Source: Camelus dromedarius (lineage: Eukaryota). Taken from it: DNA of 64,000 nt. The stretch is from positions 33,978,001-34,042,000 of the forward strand of contig NC_087447.1 in NCBI RefSeq assembly GCF_036321535.1. The letters run 5' to 3'. Positions 1 through 13,844 of this stretch are shown here, in pieces. Each line of letters begins with the position of its first letter. Position 1 is the first letter of the stretch. The position numbers and the translations under genes are program-made. The notes beneath the pieces are model-generated. The model saw nothing but the letters and a program-made list of their open reading frames with translations. It was not told where the DNA came from and made no database searches.

Positions 1-513
1 GGAGCAGGTTTCATTTTCCCCGTGTTTCACATAGGCTTAGAAAAGTTGATGGATTTTCCCAATGTGGCACAGCCTGTAAGCAGTGAAGATGGTACTTGAA
101 CCAAAGTTTCTTAACTCTACAGCAGGGCTCTTCCATTTAACAGGAATTTACTGAGTGCCTTCTGTGTGGCTGGATCTCTGGTTTTTCCTGAGGATGGAGT
201 GACACCTGAAACAAACACGGTCCTTGGTCCCAGGAGCTTACCATCCAGCAGGAGAGGAAGAGGCTGACCAAGTCAGTGAATAGATGCATATATAATTACA
301 AATTGTCATAGGGCTATAAAGGAGGTAAATAGAATGCAGGGCTAGCCAGGGAGAGCCACTTTAAGGAGGTGACATTTTAGCAGAAGTCAGGTACCAGTAG
401 GGCACTTATTGTGAAAAGGATAATTCAGATGATTTATGACCAAGTCTGCAAAGGGCATGGTGATGGAGAAAGGAACTAAGAGATACAACGTGGTTAAAGA
501 GAATAACAGCCTG

Positions 514-1040
514 CAACAGATGACTGGAGAAAGAGGCTGTGGTATATTTATACAATGGAATACTATTCAGTTATAAAAACGACAACATAACGCCATTTGC
601 AGCAACATGGATGTCCCTGGAGAATGTCATTCTAACTGAAGTAAGCTGGAAAGAGAAAGAAAAATACCATATGATGTCACTCATATGTGTAATCTAAAAA
701 TAAAAGAAGACAAATGAACTTAAATATAAAACAGAAACAGACTCACAGACATAGAATACAAACTTGTGGTTGCCACGGGCGAGGGGGGTGGGAAAGGACA
801 GACTGGAAGTTCGAGATTTGTAGATACTGACAGGTCTATGTAGAATAGATAAACAAGTTTATACCGTACAGCACAGGGAAATATATTCAAGATCTTGTAG
901 TAGATCATGGTGAAAAAGAATATGAAAATGAATCTATGTATATTCATGTATGACTGAAAAATTGTGCTGTACACCAGAAATGACACAATATTATAAACTG
1001 ACTATAATTCTACAAAAAAAGTTAAAACAAACAAACAAAA
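514..1040 (+). mobile_element. 5'-truncated LINE-1 3' end
   Basis: ORF2-terminal and 3'UTR motifs (tacaatggaatacta, ccatttgcagcaacatggatg) with an A-rich tail; similar to 7354-7928. Confidence 0.88.
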
Positions 1041-1668
1041 AGAGAACAATAGCCTGGACCAGATGGAGTTGGAGGAGGGGCAGTGAGTCCCTCCCAGCTT
1101 TGTAGGGCTGTTAAAGGGCTTACATTTCATTCTATGTGGGACAGGAAAGCACAGAGAGTTTTCAGCACAGATTGACATGATTTGGATTTTTTTTTTTAAA
1201 TCATCCTGAGCATGAGGTGAAGAATGGATTGAAGAATGAATGGGTTCTACCCTAGGCAGGAGTGGAAACAGGATGATCAGTTGACCACAGTTAAAAATCA
1301 GGGCGACCTGGACCAGGGAAGTGGCAGGGAGGGTGAAGAGGGGGTGAGGGCTGAAAGAAGGATGCACAGGTCGTAGGAATGGATTCACTGTGGGAAGTGA
1401 GGAGGACGGAGGAATGCACTGTGCTGTTCAGGAAAAAAGCCAGCCTCAGAACTATACATGAATTCATTTACAGAAAAGAAAAGATAAATTTGTTAAGAAA
1501 GATCATAAAGGACTTACAGCTTGAGTTAGGTTGATTTTGGGTGTAAGAGGAAACCCCAGATGACAACAGTTCACAACAACACGCCCGTTTCTCTCCCGTA
1601 TGCGGGTGCGGGGGTGGAACAGTGTCTCGGGTCTTTTCGGCCTTCCTGTCTCCCTTAATACGCAGCTC

Positions 1669-2450
1669 TGTGACACTGTGACTTATCATAAGAAATATGT
1701 ATTTGGTCTTTGTCCCCCTTTCTGGCGCAGAGCTCCTAAAACCCTGGGAATTTCCTAAGTGATAAGAGAGATAAAGGTATCTTGATATCCATGGCAAACA
1801 CCTTCCAAACACATCCGAGTTTATGTTAATGAGGTGACTTTGGGAAAGCACCAAGGCTGGGGGCTGGTGGCCAGGGGAACCAACCCTGTGATTAGAGGGT
1901 TGGAACTTTTAGTCCCCCCCCACCGCCTGTGGGGAGGGGAGAGGGACAATCATACCTCTGTAATGAAGCCTTCATAAAAGCCCAAGAGTTCGCGATTTGG
2001 AAAGCTTCCCAGTTGGTGAACACATGCAGGTACTGGGACGTGGCTAGGAAAGAGTGCAGGAGATCCTCTCCCCTTCCTACAAACTTGAAAGCTGACTGGC
2101 TGGTCTAGAACCTCTTCCATCTGGCTGATCCTGAGTTCTGTTCTTTTATAATAAATCGGTAATCTAGTAAGTCAGCTTGTTTCCTGAGTCTTGTGAACTG
2201 CTCTAGCAAGGTAATCGAAATCAGGGGGGGCTTGGTGGGAACCTCCAGTCTACAGCCATTTGGTCAGAAGCACAAGCGACAACCTGCACTTGGAATTGGC
2301 ATCTGAAGTCTTGGGTGGGGGTTGAGGCTTGACCTGGGGCAGCTGACACTCTCTCCAGGTGAGTAGTGTCAGCACTGAGTTGAACTGAAGACTCCCAGCT
2401 GGGGTCATAGAATTGCTTGGTGTGGGAAAGAAAAAACTCCCACATGTTGG
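1669..2450. mobile_element. Old ERV LTR (MER21-like)
   Basis: Begins tgtgacactgtga...ataagaaatatgtatttggtct...cagagctcctaaaaccctgggaatttcc, resembling MER21 LTRs from memory; 3' boundary approximate. Confidence 0.65.
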
Positions 2451-2628
2451 AGGGTCCCAGGTGGCGGCTGTGGTTCTGGCAACCAAACAGCAGGAAGGAG
2501 CAAAGAGAAGGAGCAGGGCATGTCTTTTCCTGTGAGGGGACGTCCCTGCATCGCACACACCAACTCCACCTCATCGAGAGCCAGAACTCAGTCGCAGAGC
2601 TGCACAGAGCTGCACGGGAGGGAGATGT

Positions 2629-3119
2629 CATCGCTGAGCAAGGGCTTGCTGCCCCACATGCATGGAAGCCCAGAGTATGGCACCGGCTTTTGAGAAAATA
2701 AAGAACTTAATTGCGAGGTTGACTGGCAAGGAGACTGGAGACAGGGCTCAAATCTGTCTCGTCTACCCGGAGTTCTGGGGTGAAATTTAAGTGGTTAGGA
2801 GAATTTCAAACTTGGAAGCTAATTGGCTAGTCTGGAATCAGTCCATATATAGTAATCAAGCTACTGGGGCTGCCTGAAGCCAGATTTTCTTTATTGAAGG
2901 ACTTCTTGCTTGGTAAAAGGGTCCGGTGGCAACATTTCCGTTCTTTGAGTTCCATGGACTGAAGATTCCTGGTTCCAGGGTTATCCTGGAGACACAGGTT
3001 CCCCTCTTACACACGTGCAGTGTTGTCTCTGTAAAATAACTCCAGGTTAGATTCATCCACAGCCTGTTTTAAGGAAGCAAAACCAGGTTAAGCTGGTCAA
3101 TGCCACATGTGCTGTTTCA
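2629..3119 (-). mobile_element. Solo ERV LTR with 4-bp target-site duplication
   Basis: Flanked by atgt at 2625-2628 and 3120-3123 and ends in ...tttca. Internal gaagccc...tatggcaccggcttttgagaaaa...ggcaaggagac resembles ERV1-class LTRs. Confidence 0.5.
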
Positions 3120-4137
3120 ATGTAAGCTAACTTGGGTGATTCCATTACAGAAGATGAAGGGGAAAATGGATCAATCTCTGCCCCACACAGTCCACGATGC
3201 CTCTGTGGGGAAGCAGGTGGCGGGCGATACAAAAGCATAGTTTACGTTCCTCTATGGTTATGCCTTTTTCATTTCTATCCTTTGGAAACATACTTGTGTA
3301 TTATTTGCATACTTTTTTTTTAAGCCAAAGAAGGGCTGGAGAAGGATGAGGAGGAGCTTGTGTTGGGACCCGGTGGAGTGGAGGCCACCTGCGAGGATGC
3401 AGGCCTAGGGGTGGGAGGAAAACCAGGAGACTGGTTATCGTAGAGGCAAAGAGGAGAAATGTTTCAAGAAGCAGGGGGATGCCAATTCTCCCAAAATTTC
3501 TAAAAAGAAAGGAAAGATTAGTATAGAAACTACTTGACTGGATAGAAATCACTGGGGACCCTGAGAAGACTGGTTTTATTTAAGAGGTGGGGGGAGGGGG
3601 GTGTGAGCAAATTGAAAGTGAATTGAAGACTAAATACCCCAGAAAGAGAGCCAATCCAGGAAACCTTGAGGTTTGACAGAGGAGGCATTTCATGCAATGG
3701 AGAGACAGGCTGCACTTCGATAAAGAATGTTGGGACACCCGTCTCTCCAAAATTATATATACTTTTGATCCTGAGCTCACATTGTATGCAAAAATTCACG
3801 TGAATTGGAAACCCAAAACCTAAATGTGAAATATGAATTTTTCAGATACTTAGGAAAATGCATCTTGTTGTAGATACACAGAGATTTAAGGACGTTTAAG
3901 GACACGGACAGGATAATACCCAATTCTTGCCTCCAAAGAGGGAGGGAGGGAGTCGAGCCGGGTGGGGGGAGGGTGGGAGACACAGTTTTACATCTGAAGG
4001 ACACATGACAGTGTTAACATCTGTAAATCCTAGGTGATCACAACAGACTTCTTTATACTGTGCTTTGAACTTTAAACATTTCTCAATGTCAAAAAAATTA
4101 ATAGGAGCAAATAGGAAGTGGAGCAAACGTCTAGGCG

Positions 4138-4522
4138 TGTCTTAGTCTGTCAGGCTGTTACACAAAAACGACACAGACTGGGCGGCTTGTAAACAACCGA
4201 AATTTACTTCTCACAGCTCTGGAGGCTGGGAGGTCCAAGGTCAAGGCACCAGCAGAGTCAGGGCCCGATGGGGGGCCACGTCCTGGGATACAGTCACCGT
4301 GTCAAATGGAGGAGACGTCTTCCTCACCTGGGGGAGGGAGTAGGGAGGCTCTGCTCTCAGGGCACTAACCCCACTCATGAGGACTCCCCCTCATGACCTC
4401 ACCACCACCCAAAGACGCCAACTCCAAATACCATCACACTGGGGATTAGGTCTCCCCAGTGAATGAATTCAGATGAATTTGGCAGCTGCAATTAAGGTGG
4501 GGGGACACTTTCAGTCTGTAGC
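4138..4522. mobile_element. MaLR LTR (MLT1A-like)
   Basis: tgtcttagtctg...acagactgggcggcttgtaaacaac...tctcacagctctggaggctggg...ccatcacactggggattagg, typical of MLT1. Confidence 0.8.
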
Positions 4523-6875
4523 TGCCAGTTTTTTTTTTTTTAATGAAACGGCATAACATAGCATCAGACGGAATAGAAAATCTCAGTGTACGTTCCACGA
4601 GTAATGTTTTGTGAAGCGTTTATTTCAGTTTCGCACAAACACAATACGTGTGTTTGGCGACTGCGTGCAAGTGCATTGTGTGAGTGTGGGTGCTTGTGCG
4701 AGTGTGTGCTTGCACACTACCAGTGTGAGTGCCATGGGTTGCTTCATAAAATGTGTTTCTCACTATGGGTCACGGTCAAAAAAGTCTGAAAGCCACTGGA
4801 GATGAGGATAGACACGTTTTTCAATCAGGTTGGCTGTAGAAAAAAGCAGCGCAATGGACAGGAGTTGAAAAGGTATGTGTTGTAGAGGGAGGTTCTTGGC
4901 TCGTTTTTTAAGTCTGCAGATTCTGAAGCACGTTTGTGGGCTGATGAAAGATAAATCAAGAGAGAAGCAGGGTTTGATGATTAGGACCAGAGTAGGGGTG
5001 GGGGTGAAGGTGAGACGGGATGTGTGAGAGTGAGGGGTGTCAGGCAGACATCTGGCAGGCTCTGATGGGCAGTCATTATATACACAGGTGTGTGTGTGAT
5101 GGGGGGTTGGTTGGTGTTTAGATGACACAGAGGCAGACATGGGACACATCCCCACACCCTGCACCCCGTGCCATGGCTAACAGTCTGTGTGATGTGATAA
5201 GGCAGCCACAGAGCAGGCAAACAGGCAGGCTGGACAGGGCTCTCACAACAGGTGCTTTTGGAGTTCAGGAAAAAGACAAGGCGTGGGAGTGATCCAGGCG
5301 GCGAAGCCATCCCTAGGGGGATGAGCCTTGGGGGCAGGCTCCGGGAGAGATGCGGAGCAGGGGCCAGGAGTAAGGAGGTATTGGGAAAATGGGACTTCCT
5401 GCAGAAGAAGAGTTGGGGGGATGGGGGAGTGGGTTATGATAAAGGGGAGTAGAGGAGAGATGGGAACACTGTTTTGGGATTCCAGTCTGGAGGTGGAGAC
5501 TGGGATGCAAAGCTGGACCTCTCTCATTCAAGGCCAAGATACAGGGAGACTGAGTAATAACATTTACACATCTTGTAATGCTTACTGGGTATCATTCTAC
5601 AAATAACACATTTATTTCCTAAGTTATTCCTCATAACAACATTACAAAGTAGGTTCTGTTTGATAAACTTATTTTACATTGACTGATAGTGAATCCGAGG
5701 CACAAAGTGTTAAGAAATTTGCTGGAAGTCATGCAACTAGCAAGCGACAGAGAAAAGCTTCACACCTAAACAGCCTTGGTCCAGAGGTCATGCCCTTAAC
5801 CATTACTAGTTTACCCATACCTGCTAGTTAGCTGCTTTATGGTGGATGGCACATGGGAGGTATTCAAGAAAGGATTAGAGCACAGAGGGAAGGAAGGGCA
5901 TGATTTGGAAAATAATAAAAGAACCCCCCAATCTCTGTCCTGCTGCTATGCCTCAGATTTCTGCTCTTTGGTCTAATACCCATGAATCACTGGATGAGAT
6001 GAGCACCTACTGTGCACAAAGCATGCTACTGAAGTCAGGTAAGGCATTGCCCATAAACCCTCGAGTCAGCAGGCTTGTGTTACCTGCTTGAAAAGAGTAA
6101 CAAGAGGAAGTTGGATCCAAACTTCTCTGATCTTGGATAAATTTTAAATTAAAATGTACTGTCAAAGAGGCAGTATGTTACATGAGAAAAGAAGACATGT
6201 AGATCATGGTTCACATCTTAGTTCTGCCACTTATTACTGTGTGTCCTTTGGCTAAAATTTTTCAGACCTCAGTATTTCCATAGTTAATTTGGCAGAATAT
6301 TGGGAGGCGCCCAAGAGAAAGAGAGAGGAAAGAATATCAAAGTGCTTGATCGGCCCAAAATGACCACACTTTGATCCATCGGTTCGCTTTGACTAAGAAC
6401 ACACATTTATGTTGAAATAGGAAGAGAAACTAACAGAGACCAACAAGTCCCCAGGGAACTCACACAGAACGTGAGCTTTCCCGCACGACTGGAGGTTCGA
6501 GGCTTACCTTGTTATTTTTCTGTCCCGTATCTGGAATCAGCCACTTTTCCAAGAATCTCAGGTTTTCTTTTTTCTTTTTTTAAATGGGGCTGGTATTTAG
6601 ATAGATAGCAAGATCTGGCTGCTAAAAAAAGTATTTTATATTAAAAAAAGATCTGGTTGCTAAGTGTGTTGGTTTGTAGTGTAATATCCTTCTACCCCCA
6701 TTCAGGAGAGAGAGACAGAGAGGTCACACTGATGATCTATGGCAGCACAGGGTTCATCTTCTCTTCCCCTTTTCCATATTTGTATCTCCCTCCTCTCACA
6801 GTATGTAAGAATTATTGATACTCCACACAGTATATTTGCTTTAAGCTACATACATTACTCACCAGATAGTATTGG

Positions 6876-8841
6876 CACAGACCTATGGTCAATTAATCTT
6901 CGACAAAGGAGGCAAGAAAATACAATGGAGTAACGACAGTATCTTTAGCAAGTTGTGTTGGAAAAACTGGACGGCAACATGTAAATCAGTGAAGCTAGAA
7001 CTCTCCCTCACACCATACACAAAAACAAACTCAAAATGGCTTAAAGACTTAAATGTAAGACAAGACGTGATTAACCTCTTAAAAGAAAACATAGGCAAAA
7101 CATTATCTGACATGAATCTTAGCAATGTTCTCCTAGGGCAGTCTATCAAGGCAATAGAAATAAAAGCAAAAATAAACAAATGGCACTTAATTAAACTGAC
7201 AAGCTTTTGCACAGCAAAGGAAACCATAAGCAAAACAAAATGACAACTTACAGAATGGGAGGAAATGTTTGCAAATGACGTGACTGACAAAGGTTTAATT
7301 TCTAGTATATATAAACAGCACGTAAAACTTAATAACAAAAAAGCAAACAACCCCTGCACCCCAATGTTCATAGCAGCACTATTTACAATAGCCAAAACAT
7401 GGAAACAGCCTAAATGTCCATCAACAGATGACTGGATAAAGAAGATGTGGTATATTTATACAATGGAATACTACTCAGCCATAAAAACCGACAACATAAT
7501 GCCATTTGCAGCAACATGGATGCTCCTGGAGAATGTCATTCTAAGTGAAGTAAGCCAGAAAGAGAAAGAAAAATACCATATGAGATCGCTCATATGTGGA
7601 ATCTAAAAAACAAAAACAAAAACAAACAAACAAAAACAAAGCATAAATACAGGACAGAAATAGACTCATAGACAGGGAATACAGACTTGTGGTTGCCGGG
7701 GGGTGGAGGGTGGGAAGGGATAGACTGGGATTTCAAAATTGTAGACTAGATAAACAAGATTATACTGTATAGCACAGGGAAATATACACAAAATGTTATG
7801 ATAACTCACTGAGAAAAAAATGTGACAATGAGTGTGTATATGTCCATGAATGACTGAAAAATTGTGCTGAACACTGGAATTTGACACAACATTGTAAAAT
7901 GATTATAAATCAATAAAAAATGTTAAAAAAAAAAGCAAACAACCCAATAGGCACATGAAAAAATGCTCAATAGCGCTAATTATCAGAGAAATGCAAATCA
8001 AAACTACAATGAGGTATCACCTCACACCACTCAGAATGGCCATCATTCAAAAGTCCACAAATGACAAATGCTGGAGAGGGTGTGAAGAAAAGGGAACCCT
8101 CCTACACTGCTGGTGGGAATGTAGTTTGTTGCAGCCATTATGGAAAACAGTATGGAGATTCCTCTAAAAACTAAAATTAGACCTACCATATGTTCCAGCA
8201 ATCCCACTCCTGGGCATATATCCTGAGAGAACTCTCATTCAAAAAGATACATGTACCCCAATGTTCATAGCACCACTATATACAATAGCCAAGACATGGA
8301 AGCAACCTAAATGTCCTTCGAAGGATGACTGGATAAAGAAGTTGTGGTATACTTACACAATGGAATACTACTCAGCCATAAAAGAGAATAAAATAATGCC
8401 ATTTGCAGCAACAGGGATGGACCCGGAGATCGTCACTCCAGGTGAAGTAAGCCAGAAAGAGAAAGAAAAACACCATATCATACCACTCATATGTCGAATC
8501 TAAAAAAAGAAAAAGAAAAAAAAAAAGGACACTAATGAACTCATCTACAAAACAGAAATAGACTCACAGACATAGTAAACAATCTCATGGTTATCGGGGA
8601 AAGACAGTGGGAAGGGATAAGTTTGGGGATTTGAGATTTGCAAATGATAACCACTATATATAAAAATAGATTAAAAAATTTCTTCTGTATAGCACTGGGA
8701 ACTATATCCAATATCTTATAATAAACTTTGATAAAAAAGAATATGAAAGCAAATATATGTGTATATATATGTGTGGCTGGGACATTACGCTGTACACCAG
8801 AAACTGACATATTGTAACTGACTATACTTCAATTTAAAAAA
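6876..8841 (+). mobile_element. 5'-truncated LINE-1 (ORF2 C-terminus + 3'UTR), interrupted by a younger L1
   Basis: ORFs 6872..7243, 7955..8167 and 8261..8503 are L1 ORF2-like ([34 protein letters not shown]). Imperfect TSD atagtattgg (6866-6875) / atggtattgg (8842-8851). Confidence 0.92.
7354..7928 (+). mobile_element. Nested younger L1 3' end
   Basis: Perfect 17-bp TSD aaaaaagcaaacaaccc at 7337-7353 and 7929-7945; has its own AATAAA and poly(A). Confidence 0.9.
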
Positions 8842-9494
8842 ATGGTATTGGAGGTTACTACATCCATATCATGACCATCAGAACCCCTACAAGTAAATAC
8901 AAGATTATATTCCACTAAATTATACAAAGTTCTGTCACCATTAGCTCAGGATGTGGTCTGGGACAGTTTCCTTCCCCTCTCTGAGCCTCCGTTTCCTCCT
9001 CTAAGTGCAATGATGCCTTCTGGCCTAACCAGCAAGGCGGAGGTGCACTGCCGATGAGATTATGGACGCAAGTGTCTTGGCAGCTGCAAGTGGAGCTTGC
9101 CGTGTGGCAGGAGAAACTCCAAGGTTTGAAATCTGACCAGCCCTGGGTTCACATTCTTACTCGGTCCCTGATGAGTGATACCTTGCACAAGTCCCTTAAC
9201 CAGTCATTCAACAGAGTGGGGATGATCATACCAACCTCACCTGATCGTTAAGCAGATTACTTGAGCCCATGAAGGCAAATTACTTGATTTAACAAGATGC
9301 CAGACACATTAATTCCTTTTGCTATTCTCTTTATAATGAATGCAGCTTTATGCTCCAAGCATGGGGTAGAAGGGAAAATACTACACTCACTCATATGCAC
9401 ACCCCCCAGCTTTTTTTAATGAGAGAGAAAAAGGAAGATATTTTGCCAAGAAAGTCATCTCCAATCCAATGCAGAATTGGCATTGCTTGGGCTT

Positions 9495-9513
9495 TGCTGC
9501 CCCCTCGTGGTCA
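9495..9513 (-). promoter_or_regulatory. CTCF-binding motif
   Basis: Minus strand TGACCACGAGGGGGCAGCA closely matches the CTCF core CCACNAGGGGGCAG; unique-looking sequence with retained CpG. Confidence 0.65.
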
Positions 9514-10752
9514 CCGTGAGTAGAATCGGCTGACCATAATTGCCGCTAGTCCAATTTGTTCATTAAACAGACTGGGAAACTGTAGCCTTGAGAATAGGTG
9601 GGACTTCTCTGAAGGAGACTGCCAGGATGGGAGCCAGTAACCCGAGTCTCTAGACCCCAATACTCTTCCCATCATGCCCTGTTTTCAGTGATCCTGCCAG
9701 GCAAGAGAAGCTCCAAGGCCACCTGGACTCACCTGTCAACCAGGGAGGGGATTCCTCTGCTGCTGCTGTTTAGGTGGTCTTCCAGCCTGTGCGCAGACTC
9801 CCACGGTGATGTGGTGCTCACTGTCTTATAAAGCAGCCTATTCCCTGTTCATGACCTGCAGGATATTTCCCTTTGTCTGCATCCTCCAACCCATTCCACC
9901 GTCGAGGCTGAGCAGCTCCATCCTCTGCCACAGCACAGAGATCACATGGCCTGGGCAGTCAGAGCTGGGAGGACGATGGAGTAAGTACTTCACAGCATCT
10001 GGCACCCTATGGATGCATCGCCTCCCCGAATCCTGCAAGACAGGCGCGGTTAGCCTCATTTTACTTAAGAGGGGGCTGACGCATAGGGAATGGGCATAAA
10101 TCTGTCCAAGCTCACACACCAGTTAGTGTGGAGGTGGATGCAAAAGGTGGCCTTGATTTATGGCTTCGGGAACCTCAGTGTGTTCACGCTCAGGAGCATT
10201 CGCGGCTGTGCTGCGGCATTCACTGGGTGTGGTAGCCAGGTGGGCAGCCTGGGGTAGCGTTTATTTTTTAAAAACTTTGCTGTGAAGTATAACACTCACA
10301 GAAAAACGTGCCCAAAGATACACAGCTCTATGATCTATTGCAAAGCAGCTGCTTGTGAAATCACCACCCAAGTCACGAAACAGGACACTGTCAGCAGCCC
10401 AGAGCCTCTCAGCCTCCCTGACCACTGCCCCTGCCCTCTCCACTTTTCTTTCTAGGTTTATGACCTACACATGTGCCCATGCCTAACAGTAGTGTGAACT
10501 TTCTATAAACAAAATCACACATTCGGCATCCTCTTGTGTCCAGCTGCTTTCACTCAACAGTCACTCAATATCCACCCACCGGTACTTTCACTGCTGGAGA
10601 AGCTGACATCACAATTTTACTTGTCATTCTACTGCCGATGGATGTGTAGATTGCTTCCAGGTTTTGCTATAATGAACATGGTAACTGCTATGAACATCTG
10701 TGTTCTTGTTTCTTGGTGGCATATATGTGCATGGCATGTGCATTTCTGTTTG

Positions 10753-11222
10753 GTATATAATTCTATTTGTTTCCCAGAACTGCTATAACTCAGTATCACA
10801 AACTGGGTGGCTTAAAACAACAGAAAGTTATTTTCTCACAGTTCTGGAGGCTAGAAGTCAGGAACTAAGATGTCAGCCAGGCTGTGCTCCTTCTGAGACT
10901 CTGGGTAGACTCCTTTCTTGTCTTTCCCCAGCTTCTGGTGGGAGCAAGGAGCATCAGTCCTTGGTGTTCCCTGGTTTGCAGCTGCACAGCTCCTGTCTCT
11001 GCCTCCATCTTCGCACAGCACTCTTCCCTCACACCTTTACCTTGTCTCCTTGTAAGGACACCAGCCACATAGCATTAAGGGTCACCCCACTCCAGTAGAA
11101 CCCCATCTTAATGAATTACATCTGCAAATGCCCTATTTCTTAATAACGTCACATTAGGAAGTACTCAGGGGTTAGGACTTCAACATATGTTTTTAGAGAA
11201 CATAATTCAATTCATAATAACA
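10753..11222. mobile_element. MaLR LTR (MLT1C/D-like)
   Basis: acaaactgggtggcttaaaacaacagaaa...tctcacagttctggaggctagaagtc...ggttaggacttcaacatatg. Confidence 0.8.
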
Positions 11223-11239
11223 AGAATGCAAATGCTGAG

Positions 11240-12250
11240 TTGTCTTATCAGATCCTGAGAAAAGACTTGAGTATAGCTAGTCTATGCTGTGGTGTCAGCA
11301 AGCACTTTTGAGGCAAGTGAGGCTCCTGGACTACAAAATGTAAGGCCGACTCTCGCACCCGAGGTGCCTCAACGCACCAGCTCCGCATGAGGGAATAGAC
11401 GAAGTGACAAGGAAGGGAGAAAGCCCATAAAGCGCTCCTTGATCACCACTCTGGGCAACTGGGGTCAGTCCCACTGGGGAGCCTCTGAAGAGCTCTACAG
11501 AACGTGCCTCCCACTTGTCCCGCAGAAGGATGGGAAAGCTGGGCGTTTGTCTATGGACTACTGTATCTTGTAGGTTCTAGGTTGTCCTCAAGGGCGGCTC
11601 TGCACGTAGGCTGAGCATGCTTCTTGGCACCAGAGAGAGGTCTCAGATGGAGAGGCAAAGAGAGGCTGGTCCTTGCGGTGAGATGCTGGCGGCCAGCTGC
11701 CCACTGCAGGTTCGGGCTGGGGACTGAGGCATCGTCAGTGTCTGCTACAGGTCACGCCTTACAGTGCTCAGACCACTCATTCAGCATGCCCAGCCCACTC
11801 TGCAATTGATGCTCCCGGGTGGTGGCTGGTCACAATCTTTACAGAAGGACTCAGAATGGGAGGGTTAGTGGAACAAGTGAGTCACCACTGCTCTGGCTGT
11901 TCCTCGGGTCATAGCTGACGTTTCCCACCACTGTTCCCGGTCCTCCCTTCTGTGTTACCCTCACCCTTGGCCTGCACTTCTCTAGGTCCGGGTGCCAGAC
12001 CTTCATTCCTAGTGAATCCAAGCAAGTACTTACCTTGTCCTTGTTGGGCTGTGGTGGCTGCAAATGCCCATTCACAGTCGTCACCACGCACGGAAATACC
12101 AAGAGGTAACCCTGAGAGCGCTCCAAGTTCCAGACAGATGTCTCCCAGCTTCCGTTCCATAGCCCCAGCTCCACATCCTTATCAGGGTCAGTTACGCCAC
12201 CAGCACAGTAAGTTCTGTCACTACCAATGTGCGCAGCTCCAAGTGATCGG
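11240..12250. mobile_element. Degraded ERVL-type LTR/internal remnant
   Basis: Motifs such as ctgggcaactgggg...cccactgggg and gtggctgcaaatgcccattcacagt resemble ancient ERVL elements; boundaries uncertain. Confidence 0.4.
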
Positions 12251-12264
12251 GTAGCAGATGTAGT

Positions 12265-13200
12265 TTTATTATTATTTAAAAAAACTGTATTGAAGTATCA
12301 TTGATTTACAATATTGTGTTAGTTTCCTGTGTACAGCAAAGTGATTCAGATATATATATGATATATATATTCTTTTCATTATAGGTTATTACAAGATATT
12401 GAATATAGTTCTCTGTGCTATACATAAGTCCTTGTTGTTTATCTATTTTATATATAGTAGTGTGTATCTGTCAATCCCATGCTCTTAATTTATTCCTCTC
12501 CCCTTTGGTAACTGTAAGCTTGTTTTCTATGTCTGAGAGTCTGCGCTTTGAAATAAGTTAATTTGTACTATTTTTTTTAGGTTCCACATGTATGTAATAT
12601 CATATAATATTTGTCTTCTTCTGACTTATTTCACTTAGTATGATAATCTCTACTCTAGGTCCATTCATGTTGCTGTAAATGGCAGTATTTCTTTTTATGG
12701 CCGAGTAGTATTCCATTATATATATATGCACCACATCTTTATCCATTTATCTGTCAATGGGCATGTAGGTTGTTTCCATGTCTTGGCTATTGTAAATAGT
12801 GCTGCTGTGAACATTGGGGTGTATGTATCTTTTTGAATTAGTTTTTGTCTCTTCCAGATATATGCCCAGGATTGCTGGATCATGTGGAAACTCTATTTTT
12901 AGTTTTTTAAGGTGCTTCCAGACTGTTTTCCATAGTGGCTACACCAATTTACATTCCCACCAACAGTGTAGCAGGGTTCCCTTTTCCCCACACCCTCTCC
13001 AGAATTTATTACTTGTAGACTTTTTTGGTGATGGCCATTTTGACTGGAGTGAGGTGATAACCTCACTGTAGCTTGGATTTGCATTTCTCTATTAGTGATG
13101 TTGAGCATCTTTTCACGTGCTTGTTAGTCATCTGTATGTCTTTGGAGAAACGTCTGATTAGGTCTTCTGCCCATGTTTTAACTGGGTTGTCTGCTTTAAA
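12265..13200 (-). mobile_element. LINE-1 3' fragment, minus strand
   Basis: Reverse-complement L1 motifs (gtcttggctattgtaaatagtgctgc, accaatttacattcccaccaacagtg); T-rich tail on the left. Confidence 0.88.
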
Positions 13201-13739
13201 TTCAGGGGTAGAAGAGTAGAAATACCCTCCCCCTCCCCTCCCCCAGCCTGCTCCACACACAAACTCTAATTTTGCAGAGCCTCAAAGATCTTGGAACGGA
13301 AAGCAAAAATTTCCCCAGGTGGGCTGCTGAAGGGGGCCACCCCCTCTTCCACCCCTCAGCTCCCAAACCCATGTATTCTAGTTATTGGGCCCCCAGCAAC
13401 CAGTAACAGCTGAGGGTTGGAAATGTATACAGTTTCCTAGAGAACAGTGCTCCAACACAGCATGTCTTTCCCAAGCTGGTGCCTTAACTGAGCCTTTAAA
13501 AGGCTAGTCCAACCTCCAGCTTTATAGCAGGAACCAGCAGATCCAACAGTCACCTGTCCTTGGTCAAGTTCCCTTCTCCATAAACAGGTTGTTTGGTCTG
13601 AGACAGTGTTACTCATGATTCCATATAGTAAAACAAGGGTGTGTTGGGTTTATCTGGGGAATGTCTGTTCTATTTTCTTGAACTATTTGTGAGTTCTTGC
13701 ACCAGTTCCACACTGTCTTAATGACCTTTGTAATAAGGT

Positions 13740-13844
13740 GTTTTTTGTTTTCTGTTTTTAGCTTTTTTTAAAAATGGAGGTACTGAACTCAGGATCTCAT
13801 GCAAGCTAAGCATGCGCTCTACCACTGAGTTACACTCTCCTCCC
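13740..13844 (-). mobile_element. tRNA-derived SINE (camelid-like)
   Basis: Minus strand reads gtgtaactcagtggtagagcgcatgcttagcttgcatgagatcctgagttc (pol III A/B boxes) followed by an A-rich tail; same family as 48610-48748. Confidence 0.75.

Noticed and set aside
6872..8503. ORFs resembling a reverse-transcriptase-family protein
   Set aside because: Fragments of the LINE-1 ORF2 C-terminus with stops and truncation; not a gene or an active element.
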